DNA from: Octopus sinensis
Taxonomy: Eukaryota
Reading direction: 5' to 3'
Assembly: GCF_006345805.1 (NCBI RefSeq)
Contig: NC_043010.1
Span: 59,830,001 to 59,894,000 of the forward strand
Length of the DNA: 64,000 bases
Positions 1-10,890 of this stretch are shown in pieces. The stretch's first letter is position 1; every line of letters starts with the position of its first letter. The notes below the pieces were generated by a model. It was not told the origin of the DNA, did not search any database, and was given only the letters and a program-made list of their open reading frames with translations. The position numbers and the translations under genes are program-made.

Positions 1-826
1 TTAACAACTATCTCCAGCACTTCAAACCACATCAATTCTAAGACTCTGTGGAAATATGTGAGGTGCTATGACATTATCTTCATTACTAACCAGCCTTAAA
101 ACTCACAATTGCTGGAAACGGAATGTGCATTGCTCTTGCAACATCAGAAAGTAACAACATAGTCATCTGCCATTTCTCCTGTGAGACTTCTGACTTGGTG
201 AAAGTTTTTTGCATCAGAGAGGAACCAAAGTACACTGTATTTGTGAGGATTTTTAACCTCGTTAAATAACCTCTTGGCACAGGTCAAATGATTTTCTTGG
301 TTCTTTGGAGACAAGAATTAGCCTCTCCTCAGTACATAGGACAGGTGTCAAATGTGCTTGTGCACCTCAGTTCTGAGAGTCCATTCCAATGCTTGAATTT
401 CCTTTACCATGGCCTCCTTTACTGGTTTTCTGGGATCATAATCAATAATGTTCTGAATCCATTGGATGAACTGCAGTGTCTTTCTAAAGTCTAAACATTT
501 AGAAGAATTTAGTTCTCTTTAATACACTTCAAAAATTCTTGCTAGAGGCTTCCAATTCTACACAAACTTTGAGTACAAAAGATCTTGCAGCATTTTACAA
601 AGTTGGTAATATCTAAATTGCTGTGTTCCTCACTTATGTCAACAATAACTGCCTGTCTTTTTTTTTCATTTCTTTAGCATTTTATCTGACATAGTGTATC
701 TGAAAAAATATACATCTTTTAATTGCTTCAAGTAATATACGGATAATTCAATATACTCAAAATACTTAATTACTCAAATTTATTCTATAACATTACAGTA
801 TAACTGGTTGCTGTTTTATTTTACAG

Positions 827-1269
827 CAGAAATACAGTCAACCGATTGAGGTGACATCTTATGGAGACAACAGACCATCTTCTAACTATCCCACTGACAC
901 ATTGACCAGTCGTAAGAGCAGTGGACAGTGCTGGAGTGAGCGGTCAAGCAGACAGTATGAAGAAATACCAGCAATGTCAGGTAGGATAACAATCCATTCT
1001 CATTTAATATTACAGTAATTCATTACTAATTATTGTACTAATTATTGTTGTATACTCTGAGATGTAATTAGTTCTGTCTGTGTGTCCGTAGAGTATTTCT
1101 GATGATGGTGATTGTTTCAGACATTGCTACATTAAAACAATGTTTTGCAGGGATCTATGGTAGCCAACAGGATACACCAGTGAACCCCGAAAGGCAACAG
1201 TATCAAGACAGATATGTGAAACCTCCAGAGAGACAGTTACCTTCAACACCAGATGTCATTACTAACTGA
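827..1269 (+). CDS. Protocadherin copy 0, last two coding exons only (the rest lies upstream of the window)
   Basis: Exons 827-980 (ttacag|CAG...ATGTCAG|gtagg) and 1151-1269 (tttgcag|GG ATC...AAC TGA) join in frame: QKYSQPIEV...QYEEIPAMS-G-IYGSQQ...RQLPSTPDVITN*. The structure is the same as in the complete copies downstream. Confidence 0.9.
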
Positions 1270-1724
1270 CCACTGGTCATTTAACTAAATATTGACCCTT
1301 TACAATAATATTTCAAATAACCACCAACTCCCTTCACTCACACAAACTAATATAAATATAATAACTTCTCTCATTACCTCACAATTACAATATTATATTC
1401 CAACCTATGATAGAATATATGGACACTAACAGTGAAGTCAGCAACATTTCAAACCACACACTTAATGTTTTATATACGCTCCTCTTTTCTCTAATGTTCT
1501 CAGTTAGGTGATTTTTATATTTCCTAAATATCTCTGGAATTAAATTAGAATACGTTTAAAATATATTTCTTTATTTTTTACAGCAGTGTTATTAAAATCT
1601 AAGTCTTAGGAAATTATATTTAAAAATGATACCAAAATAAACCTGCCTGAAAATTAGAATATCCCTTCTCTATTTGTTCCTGCATCCTCCATTATAGGTT
1701 GGTTGTATATTTAGGTCAGACACA

Positions 1725-1842
1725 TCTTAACCAGAACTGTTCTATATTAACATCATTTGTTAGTAATATATTTACCAATATCAGTGATGTTTTGTTAATA
1801 TGAGATCCGTATGAAACACTGAATATATATATATATCTATGC

Positions 1843-1876
<34 letters not shown>

Positions 1877-2267
1877 ATCAGACATGTTGGTGTTATATGG
1901 ACTTCTTATGGCTGACTGTTAGTGGAGCTGATATTGTTTGTTCTCTTTCTTTCTTTCCCTCTTCTCTTTGAGGGAAACACAGCATCTTGTGTGTGTGAGG
2001 CTGGAGCAAGCATCACCCATCCCTCCTCTCTCTCTCTCTCTCTCTCTCTTACACGCATATGCACACACACACACTCACTAAACATCACACATCCACAAAG
2101 GAAGACTGAGAGGGAACTGCTGGTTCCCACTGACTCACCACCAACACTATTCCATCAACATGAAGCCATTGTCACACCATAGCAGCAGTGACACAGACAA
2201 CCATTAACAACAGAACATTGGGACCAAGTCACAGTTTATACAACAAAGGATTTTACACACAATGAAG
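1725..2267 (+). promoter_or_regulatory. Conserved promoter and non-coding leader exon of copy 1 (donor after 2267)
   Basis: This block recurs upstream of every unit. It contains (TA)n, (CT)n and (CA)n tracts, GGGAAC-N5-GTTCCC (2112-2128) and TGACTCA (2131-2137), and ends AATGAAG|gtaagt. The large exon has an acceptor just before its ATG, so an upstream exon is required. TSS not determined. Confidence 0.75.
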
Positions 2268-4129
2268 GTAAGTCTATGAATGTTTATTTGGTATTATTAA
2301 GATATTTGACTGATGATTGTTGTAGAAACTTTCTTCAGCCATCTTTTACTATAGAATATAACAAATAGAAATTATGTCAGTAGACATTTAAATATGGTCT
2401 TTGCCAGTTACACGCTTTCTCTTGATATTTATATGTTCATGATTGATATTTTGCTGTTAGGAAGTGTGAAATAATATTTAATTATGGTTATTTTCCAAGT
2501 GAAATATATTTAAATCCAGTCAGTTTGTTGTCTCTTATTTGCAGACATCTTCCTATTATTATCAGTATTGATAATGTATAATATATAACCAGAAGATGTT
2601 CTTTATTGTGTGTATTTAAAAAAAGAATCTGAGTGTTTCTTGTGAAGGATGTTTTGAGAGAGTCAAGTATCATTATTGTGTTTATATGTAAGAATGGGTT
2701 ATATTAATATAAAATATTAAAGTGAAACTGGGAGAAGAGTTGACAAGATGGTGGTTTAGTGTCAACATAAATAATCAATATTGTGTTGTGGTATTCTTTA
2801 AGTCTTTCTGAATTTAATATAAGATTTTATAGGTTTTAATCTGTTTGTTGTATTCATACTGAAACAGTGTCCAATTTTGGTCTTGTTTAATGAATATCTT
2901 TTAATTAAATGCCGTTTATATAGATTTCCAGTATTGAATGAGGAAATTTTTCTGTCATTCAATATTTCTTGGAAAAATGAAAGTAATTTCATTTTAATTT
3001 TTTGTAAAATATATTATTTCATTTAAAATGTAATAACTGTATTTTTGTAACTTAATTACTATTTGTATATGGAAGAGAATATATAATGTTGCTAGCTTTC
3101 TGTTTCAATATTTTTAATTAGAATTTCCAAAATTGATCCAATGCAACCATGAGAATCGTAGTAGATAAATGAATATTGACCAGTTTTAATTGTAAATTTT
3201 TTGTCTTTTCCTTAATTGCCAATTCTCTAAATTAATATGACCTCTTCATTGACAATCCTCTCTACCCTATTTCCCTAGTGATTTTAACTTTTCCCAAAAT
3301 TATTAGTCATTATTAAATAAGGTAAATGTTTAAAGTTATTGTGTGAAATATATATTCACCATTACACACAGACATATTTTTTACTAGAAAGACCTTGTTT
3401 AAATACTTTATAGAGAGAAATACACCTTTTATAGCAATTCCCAAGTTTTTTCCATTTATTTATGCTGTCTCTCAAATCTGTTTTATATCGTTTTAATGCC
3501 AGACTTTGAGGGGGGAACGTAACTCTGTGTCATCCTTTGAACCATTGGCATGCTTCAATCTTGTTGCTTGAACTGCTGATAATAGCAACTACCTTACCCT
3601 CTGTCTAAAGATAGCAATGGATATTATGAAGCTTTGTTAAAGATTTTACAAATATAATATCATCACCAACACCATCATCTTCAGTAAAATCTCAGATATT
3701 ATTGTGGTTAATAAAGGCAAAGCAGGAAGAAATAGAAAGACAATAAAAGATGTCTTTTTTGATGTGTGTTAGGGATAAGACGATCAAGAGTTTTTTTCAT
3801 CCAGTCACATCCTTCCTCGAATGTCAGTCTTTCTTCTGTGTGTGTTCTGGTTTGGGTTTTTATCTGATGGACAGTTCACTTTGTTTTGCTGATTGTTAAA
3901 CTATACGTCTGATCCAAGTAAAATGAGTTTTTCTCTTCTTGTTGGGATGTAGTGGATTATATTTTTATTGTCTACAACTCAACTCCCAAATTACAATTAA
4001 AATTACAACATTATTGTGAATGAAATTCACGAAATAACTATTATAAATCTGTTATTTGTTTCTGTAATGTGACTGACAGTTGTGTACCTTTATATTTTCA
4101 GATCAATTGACTGGTATTTAACTCAACAA

Positions 4130-7100
4130 ATGAAGATGGTCTTAATAGCGATATGGATATTACAGTCTCTGCTTCACTGTTCTGTCTCTAAAGACATTGT
4201 TTACCATGTGAAAGAAGAGAACAGTCCTGTTATCAACATAGGAGACATTACTGCTGATTCCCAGTTAAAGGACACTGCATTATTATCGTTCAGTCAGTTG
4301 CAACAGAAGGGAACACAGCTGTTTAATGTGACCACCACTGGGAAGATATACACCACACAAACACTGGATGCTGAGTCTCTGTGTACTTTTGAGAAAGAAT
4401 GCTTTCACACAATTAAGGTAGCCGTTCATAAAGCAGGTAAATTTATAAAGATATTGAAAATTAAGGTGATTATAGAAGACATCAATGACCATCAACCAGA
4501 GTTTCCTGTGGAAGAAATTCAATTAACATTTGGAGAAGGAGATGGAATAGGTATGAAAAAGTCCATCCCCAATGCCATTGACAAAGATGTTGGATTACAG
4601 AACAGATTAGTGAATTACGAATTAAAGGGAAATAATCAACAGTTTTCTTTGTCCACATTCAAAAGAGCAGACGGAGTATCTTTTCTTGAAATTATATTAC
4701 AAGGGAAGTTAGACAGAGAGACGAAAGACAGCTATAATATAGAAGTGATTGCTAAGGATGGAGGAACTCCACCCAAACAGGGTGTCTTAAATGTGCACAT
4801 AACTGTGAAAGATGAAAATGATAACAGACCAATTTTCTCTGAGAAAACATACAATGTCTCTATACAAAATAACCATCAAAGAAATATACCAGTTGTTGTA
4901 ATGATGGCAGAAGACTCTGATATTGAAGAAAATGGTAAAGTTTCATATTATATCAGCCCAACAACGTCAACAGAATCAAAAGATAATTTTATTATAAATG
5001 AGAAAACTGGAGAAATATTCTTAAACAAAGAATCACAATTTGACAAAATGAAATCATTTAAATTATATATTGAAGCCAGAGATGGGGGCAACCCTCCTCT
5101 CAGTTCCATAGCAACGGTTATGGTAAATGTTATCAGCCAACACAACAATGCTCCAAATATTGATGTGAACTTTATTTCTACACAGAATCACAACACAGCT
5201 ACCATTCTGGAAGACATCAAAGTTGGTAGTTTCATTGCTTATGTGATGGTCACTGACAATGATGTTGGACACAATGGAGAGGTGAACTGTCATATCAAAG
5301 ACGACACATTCAAACTACAGTCAATGGGATCGAAGGAATATAAAATCGTTCTAAAGAAAGCAGTAGACAGAGAGACACAGGAACATTATCACTTTACTGT
5401 GTCGTGTGAAGATAAAGGATTACCTGCTCTGAAAACTGATAAAGATCTGTCAATCCAAGTGTTGGATGTGAATGATGTAGAACCACACTTTACGAAAGAC
5501 ACATTCAAGTTCCTTACCTATGAGAATGACAAAGCTAATTTCCCTATTGGCTTTATCAATGCTACAGACCCAGATATTGGTAAGGGAGGTGAATTGTCTT
5601 ATTCTCTGAGAAATAAACAGCAATATCGTCTGCCATTCCAGATTATCAACTCTGGCTTTATTTCAACAAACCAGTCTTTAGACAGAGAACACAGAGATTT
5701 CTATGAGTTTGAGGTTTTTGTGAAAGACAATGGAAGCCCATCTCTGAATAACACAGTGAATGTTGAAGTGGAAGTATTGGATAGAAATGATAATGCTCCA
5801 TATTTTACATTTCCTAGTGTTGACCCTTTCACTCTTAATGTCCACTATCATCCGCAAAGTAAGAACGACATCACAGTTCTGAAAGCATCTGATATAGACA
5901 GTCACATGAATGCTTTTCTCAGGTACGAAATCGTTTCAGGTAACGAGAGACAGTTATTTAAACTGGACTCGTTCACTGGTGTGTTATCTTACTCTCGCAC
6001 AGTTTACCAAAATGATGCCGGATCATATGAGCTTGAGTTTGTTGTGAAAGACAGTGGTACTCCAGTTCTGTCAGCAACAACTAGTGTGTCTTTGACACTG
6101 ACTGTTAGTAACAAGACGTCACCAATGTTCACAGCTGTGCACCTACCAAGTGATAACACCATAGATGCGACATTGTTGATTATCATTGTAGTAGCAGCTG
6201 TGATAGTATCTATAGCTATTGTGGTTTCTATAACCCTGTGTATTGTGAGATGTAACAATGTGAGAAATAGCTCATCTGAAAGAACAGCAGAAGAGAAACA
6301 GGCATACCAATGTCGCAATGAGATGAGACAGTTGATCTATCAAGGTAACAACAGTGTACCTGTGATGTCAGGTAATCGAGGAGAGATGTCAGACAGATAT
6401 GGTCATTCGAGGAGCCATTACTATCCTGAAGACTGGAAGACATCGACAATGAACAGGACACTTCAGAAATCTACACGGGTAAGTATTATTTGGAATATAT
6501 ATATTGTAAGTTTGTCTTCGTGTTGTAATAATTTGACTGCTATAAATATTACTTGGTGACATATATCTGATAAAAATTTCCTTTCAGAATTGTGTATCAT
6601 GTGATTTACTTGAAGACACTTTGTATAACCCAACACCATAGGCAGTAAATTGGTCAGAATGTGGCCACAGATATAGCTAGGCGGTAGATTGGTGCAGTGG
6701 GGAATATGTATCTCTTAAATGGCTTGTGTCAATTACTTTCACCTTTTTATGTTAAAGCATAACTTTCTTTATTTGTTAGTGGATGACATAAGCATCCTAG
6801 AATTGCCAGAATCAGTAGATGAAATACCTTGTTGTATTTATTCTGACTTCTTACCTTTTTATTACCTTTTTCTCTTGAAAAACGCCGCCGCCGTGGTGAT
6901 CTCATTCTCGCTCACAACATCATAAGCGGAAAGTGTAACCTCTTGAAAGAGCTGTTCTTCACTCCTGCTCCAGAGCATCGGCTGCGGGGTCATTCCGAAA
7001 AGCTCTATCTGCGACGATTTCATCTCAATCGAAGGAGAGGAGCTTTCTCCGTCCGGGTTGCGGATCCGTGGAACAAGCTGCCAGACGAGATGGTGAAGAT

Positions 7101-8993
7101 GCCGACGAACGCTTTGTTCAAAGCCTCCCTTGACCTCAAGTGGCCTGAACTCTTTACATGAACACCACCCTGTACTTAACTCCATGTCCCCCTACATGGC
7201 CTTGCTATTTGCTTTTGAGCCAAATTAACTAACTAACTAACTAACTATCCTTTGAATCCACCTACATTTTTGGTGACCACTGCAGTGTGGGACCAGAACC
7301 ATTTACGTGCCTTCACTAAATTATCGTTATTCGCTTCAAGCAATATATGGGCAGTCATAAACGTTTGTGCATTTATATTTGGTATTGTGGAGATGTTGAT
7401 TAGTCTATCTTTCAACAATACACCAAACTTATCATATAATAATAATAATGAAATTATTGTATGCAGTGCTGAGGTGCACCACAACATGTCAAAAGTGCAT
7501 ATAAAACACTTAACCCATGGAATTTAAACCTGTCAGTCTGGAGGCCACATGTTTGTTATTACATAATTATAAAGGGTGTATGTAGGCCACATGTTTGTTA
7601 TTACGTAATTAGAAAGAGTGTATGACATCCATTCGTGGGTTACATGGTCTTTGCGAGAAGGTGTTGAGACGAGCTGAAACACACTTTCGTTCTTCCACTG
7701 CATACTTCATTCATCCAGAACTTAATAACTATCTCCAGCACTTCAAACCACATCAATTCTAAGACTCTGTGGAAATATGTGAGGTGCTATGACATTATCT
7801 TCATTACTAACCAGCCTTAAAACTCACAATTGCTGGAAACGGAATGTGCATTGCTCTTGCAACATCAGAAAGTAACAACATAGTCATCTGCCTTTTCTCC
7901 TGTGAGACTTCTGACTTGGTGAAAGTTTTTTGCATCAGAGAGGAACCAAAGTACAATGTATTTGTGAGGGTTTTTAACCTCGTTAAATAACCTCTTGGCA
8001 CAGGTCAAATGATTTTCTTGGTTCTTTGGAGACAGGAATTAGCCTCTCCTCAGTACATAGGACAGGTGTCAAATGTGCTTGTGCACCTCAGTTCTGAGAG
8101 TCCATTCCAATGCTTGAATTTCCTTTACCATGGCCTCCTTTACTGGTTTTCTGGGATCATAATCAATAATGTTCTGAATCCATTGGATGAACTGCAGTGT
8201 CTTTCTAAAGTCTAAACATTTAGAAGAATTTAGTTCTCTTTAATACACTTCAAAAATTCTTGCTAGAGGCTTCCAATTTTACCCAAACTTTGAGTACGAA
8301 AGATCTTGCAGCATTTTACAAAGTTGGTAATATCTAAATCGCTGTGTTCCTCACTTATGTCAACAATAACTGCCTGATTTTTTTTATTTCATTTCTTTAG
8401 CATTTTATCTGACATAGTGTATCTGAAAAAATATACATCTTTTAATTGCTTCAAGTAATATACGGATAATTCAATATACTCAAAATACTTAATTACTCAA
8501 ATTTATTCTATAACAACATTACAGTATAACTGGTTGCTGTTTTATTTTACAGCAGAAATACAGTCAACCGATTGAGGTGACATCTTATGGAGACAACAGA
8601 CCATCTTCTAACTATCCCACTGACACATTGACCAGTCGTAAGAGCAGTGGACAGTGCTGGAGTGAGCGGTCAAGTAGACAGTATGAAGAAATACCAGCAA
8701 TGTCAGGTAGGACAATAATCCATTCTCATTTAATATTACACTAATTCATTACTAATTATTGTACTAATTATTGTTGTAGACTGAGATGTAATTAGTTCTG
8801 TCTGTGTGTCCCTAGAGTATTTCTGATGATGGTGATTTTTTCAGACATTGCTACATTAAAACAATCTTTTGCAGGGATCTATGGTAGCCAACAGGATACA
8901 CCAGTGAACCCCGAAAGACAACAGTATCAAGACAGATATGTGAAACCGCCAGAGAGACAGTTACCTTCAACACCAGATGTCATTACTAACTGA
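4130..8993 (+). CDS. Protocadherin copy 1 (6 EC, TM, cytoplasmic tail), about 873 aa
   Basis: join(4130-6478, 8553-8706, 8875-8993). Acceptor ttttcag|ATC at 4102; signal peptide MKMVLIAIWILQSLLHCSVS; EC1 has the protocadherin C-X5-C motif (CTFEKEC); DxNDxxP, LDRE and DxG motifs; TM LLIIIVVAAVIVSIAIVVSITLCIV; GT-AG introns in phases 0 and 1. Confidence 0.95.
6864..7246 (+). mobile_element. 5'-truncated CR1-group LINE 3' end in intron 2 of copy 1
   Basis: Encodes LFSLEKRRRRGDLI...LRGHSEKL...FSVRVADPWNKLP, typical of the CR1 ORF2 C-terminus. Ends in a (TAAC)n tail, is CpG-rich relative to its flanks, and is absent from the homologous intron position in copies 3 and 4. Confidence 0.85.
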
Positions 8994-9461
8994 CCACTGG
9001 TCATTTACTAAATATTAACCCTTTACAATAGTATTTTAAATAACCACCAACCCCACTCACTCACTCAAACTAGCATAAATATAATAACTTCTCTCATTAC
9101 CTCACAATTACAATATTATATTCCAACCTATGATAGAATATATGGACACTAACAGTGAAGTCAGCAACATTTCAAACCACACACACACACACACACACTT
9201 AATGTTTTATATACGCTCCTCTTTTCTCTAATATTCTCAGTTAGGTGATTTTTATATTTCTCAAATATCTCTAAAATTAAATTAGAATATATCTAAAATA
9301 TATTTCTCTATTTTTTACAACAGTGTTATTAAAATCTAAGACTGAGGAAATTATATTTAAAAATGATACCAAAATAAACCTGCCTGAAAATTAGAATATC
9401 CCTTCTCTATTTGTTCCTGCATCCTCCATTATAGGTTGGGTGTATATTTAGGTCAGACACA

Positions 9462-9579
9462 TCTTAACCAGAACTGTTCTATATTAACATCATTTGTTAG
9501 TAATATATTTACCAATATCAGTGATGTTTTGTTAATATGAGATCCGTATGAAACACTGAATATATATATATATCTATGC

Positions 9580-9621
<42 letters not shown>

Positions 9622-10006
9622 ATCAGACATGTTGGTGTTATATGGACTTCTTATGGCTGACTGTTAGTGGAGCTGATATTGTTTGTTCTCTTTCTTTCTT
9701 TCCCTCTTCTCTTTGAGGGAAACACAGCATCTTGTGTGTGTGAGGCTGGAGCAAGCATCACCCATCCCTCCTCTCTCTCTCTCTCTCTTACACGCATATG
9801 CACACACACACACTCACTAAACATCACACATCCACAAAGGAAGACTGAGAGGGAACTGCTGGTTCCCACTGACTCACCACCAACACTATTCCATCAACAT
9901 GAAGCCATTGTCACACCATAGCAGCAGTGACACAGACAACCATTAACAACAGAACATTGGGACCAAGTCACAGTTTATACAACAAAGGATTTTACACACA
10001 ATGAAG
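9462..10006 (+). promoter_or_regulatory. Promoter and leader exon of copy 2
   Basis: Near-identical to 1725-2267; donor ATGAAG|gtaagt after 10006. Confidence 0.75.
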
Positions 10007-10890
10007 GTAAGTCTATCAATGTTTATTTGGTATTATTAAGATATTTGACTGATGATTGTTGTAGAAACTTTCTTCAGCCATCTTTTACTATAGAATATAA
10101 CAAATAGAAATTATGTCAGTAGACATTTAAATATGGTCTTTGCCAGTTACACGCTTTCTCTTGATATTTATATGTTCATGATTGATATTTTGCTGTTAGG
10201 AAGTGTGAAATAATATTTAATTATGGTTATTTTCCAAGTGAAATATATTTAAATCCAGTCAGTTTGTTGTCTCTTATTTGCAGACATCTTCCTATTATTA
10301 TCAGTATTGATAATGTATAATATATAACCAGAAGATGTTCTTTATTGTGTGTATTTAAAAAAGAATCTGAGTGTTTCTTGTGAAGGATGTTTTGAGAGAG
10401 TCAAGTATCATTATTGTGTTTATATGTAAGAATGGGTTATATTAATATAAAATATTAAAGTGAAACTGGGAGAAGAGTTGACAAGATGGTGGTTTAGTGT
10501 CAACATAAATAATCAATATTGTGTTGTGGTATTGTTTAAGTCTTTCTGAATTTAATTTAAGATTTTATTGGTTTTAATCTGTTTGTTGTATTCATACTGA
10601 AACATTGTTCTATTTTGGTCTTGTTTAATGAATATCTTTTAATTAAATCTGGTATTATTTAGATTTGCAGTGTTGCTAAAAGAGCTTTTCTGTTATTAGA
10701 TATTTCTGTGAAATTTTATTCATTCAGGGAATTATATTTATTGTAAAATGTATTATTTTATTTAAATAATATTGTAATTGTATTTTTATTCTCTTTTTGT
10801 CATTTGTTTATGAAAGAGAATATATTGCATTGCATATATATAATGAATACAATCTTGCTAGTTTTTACGTCTCAATAGTTTTTATAAGAA

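Noticed and set aside
86-494. Duplicated short ORFs at 86-494 and 7807-8215
   Set aside because: Intronic sequence duplicated with the unit; no recognisable domain. It may be an old TE remnant but cannot be supported.
2090-2150. CTCF or CSL/Su(H) site in the promoter core
   Set aside because: No good CTCF consensus. TTCCCAC reads AGTGGGAA on the minus strand, which lacks the preferred 5' pyrimidine and is mutated in ghost 7.
1906-2182. Recurrent 60-86 aa ORFs over each promoter, on both strands
   Set aside because: They cross CT/CA microsatellites and recur only because the block is duplicated. Their lengths track slippage, and they are disrupted in the ghost copies.
4082-4129. N-terminal extension MYLYIFRSIDWYLTQQ in the ORF track
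   Set aside because: It starts at a GTG inside the intron polypyrimidine tract. The true start is the ATG at 4130 (or 4136), as in the other copies.
4283-6461. Repeated antisense ORFs within the large exons
   Set aside because: Shadow frames of the cadherin CDS with no independent coding signal.
6479-6559. C-terminal read-through tails of the large ORFs (VSIIWNIYIV...)
   Set aside because: They begin at a strong GTAAG donor and differ in length and sequence among copies, so they are intron read-through rather than a conserved terminus.
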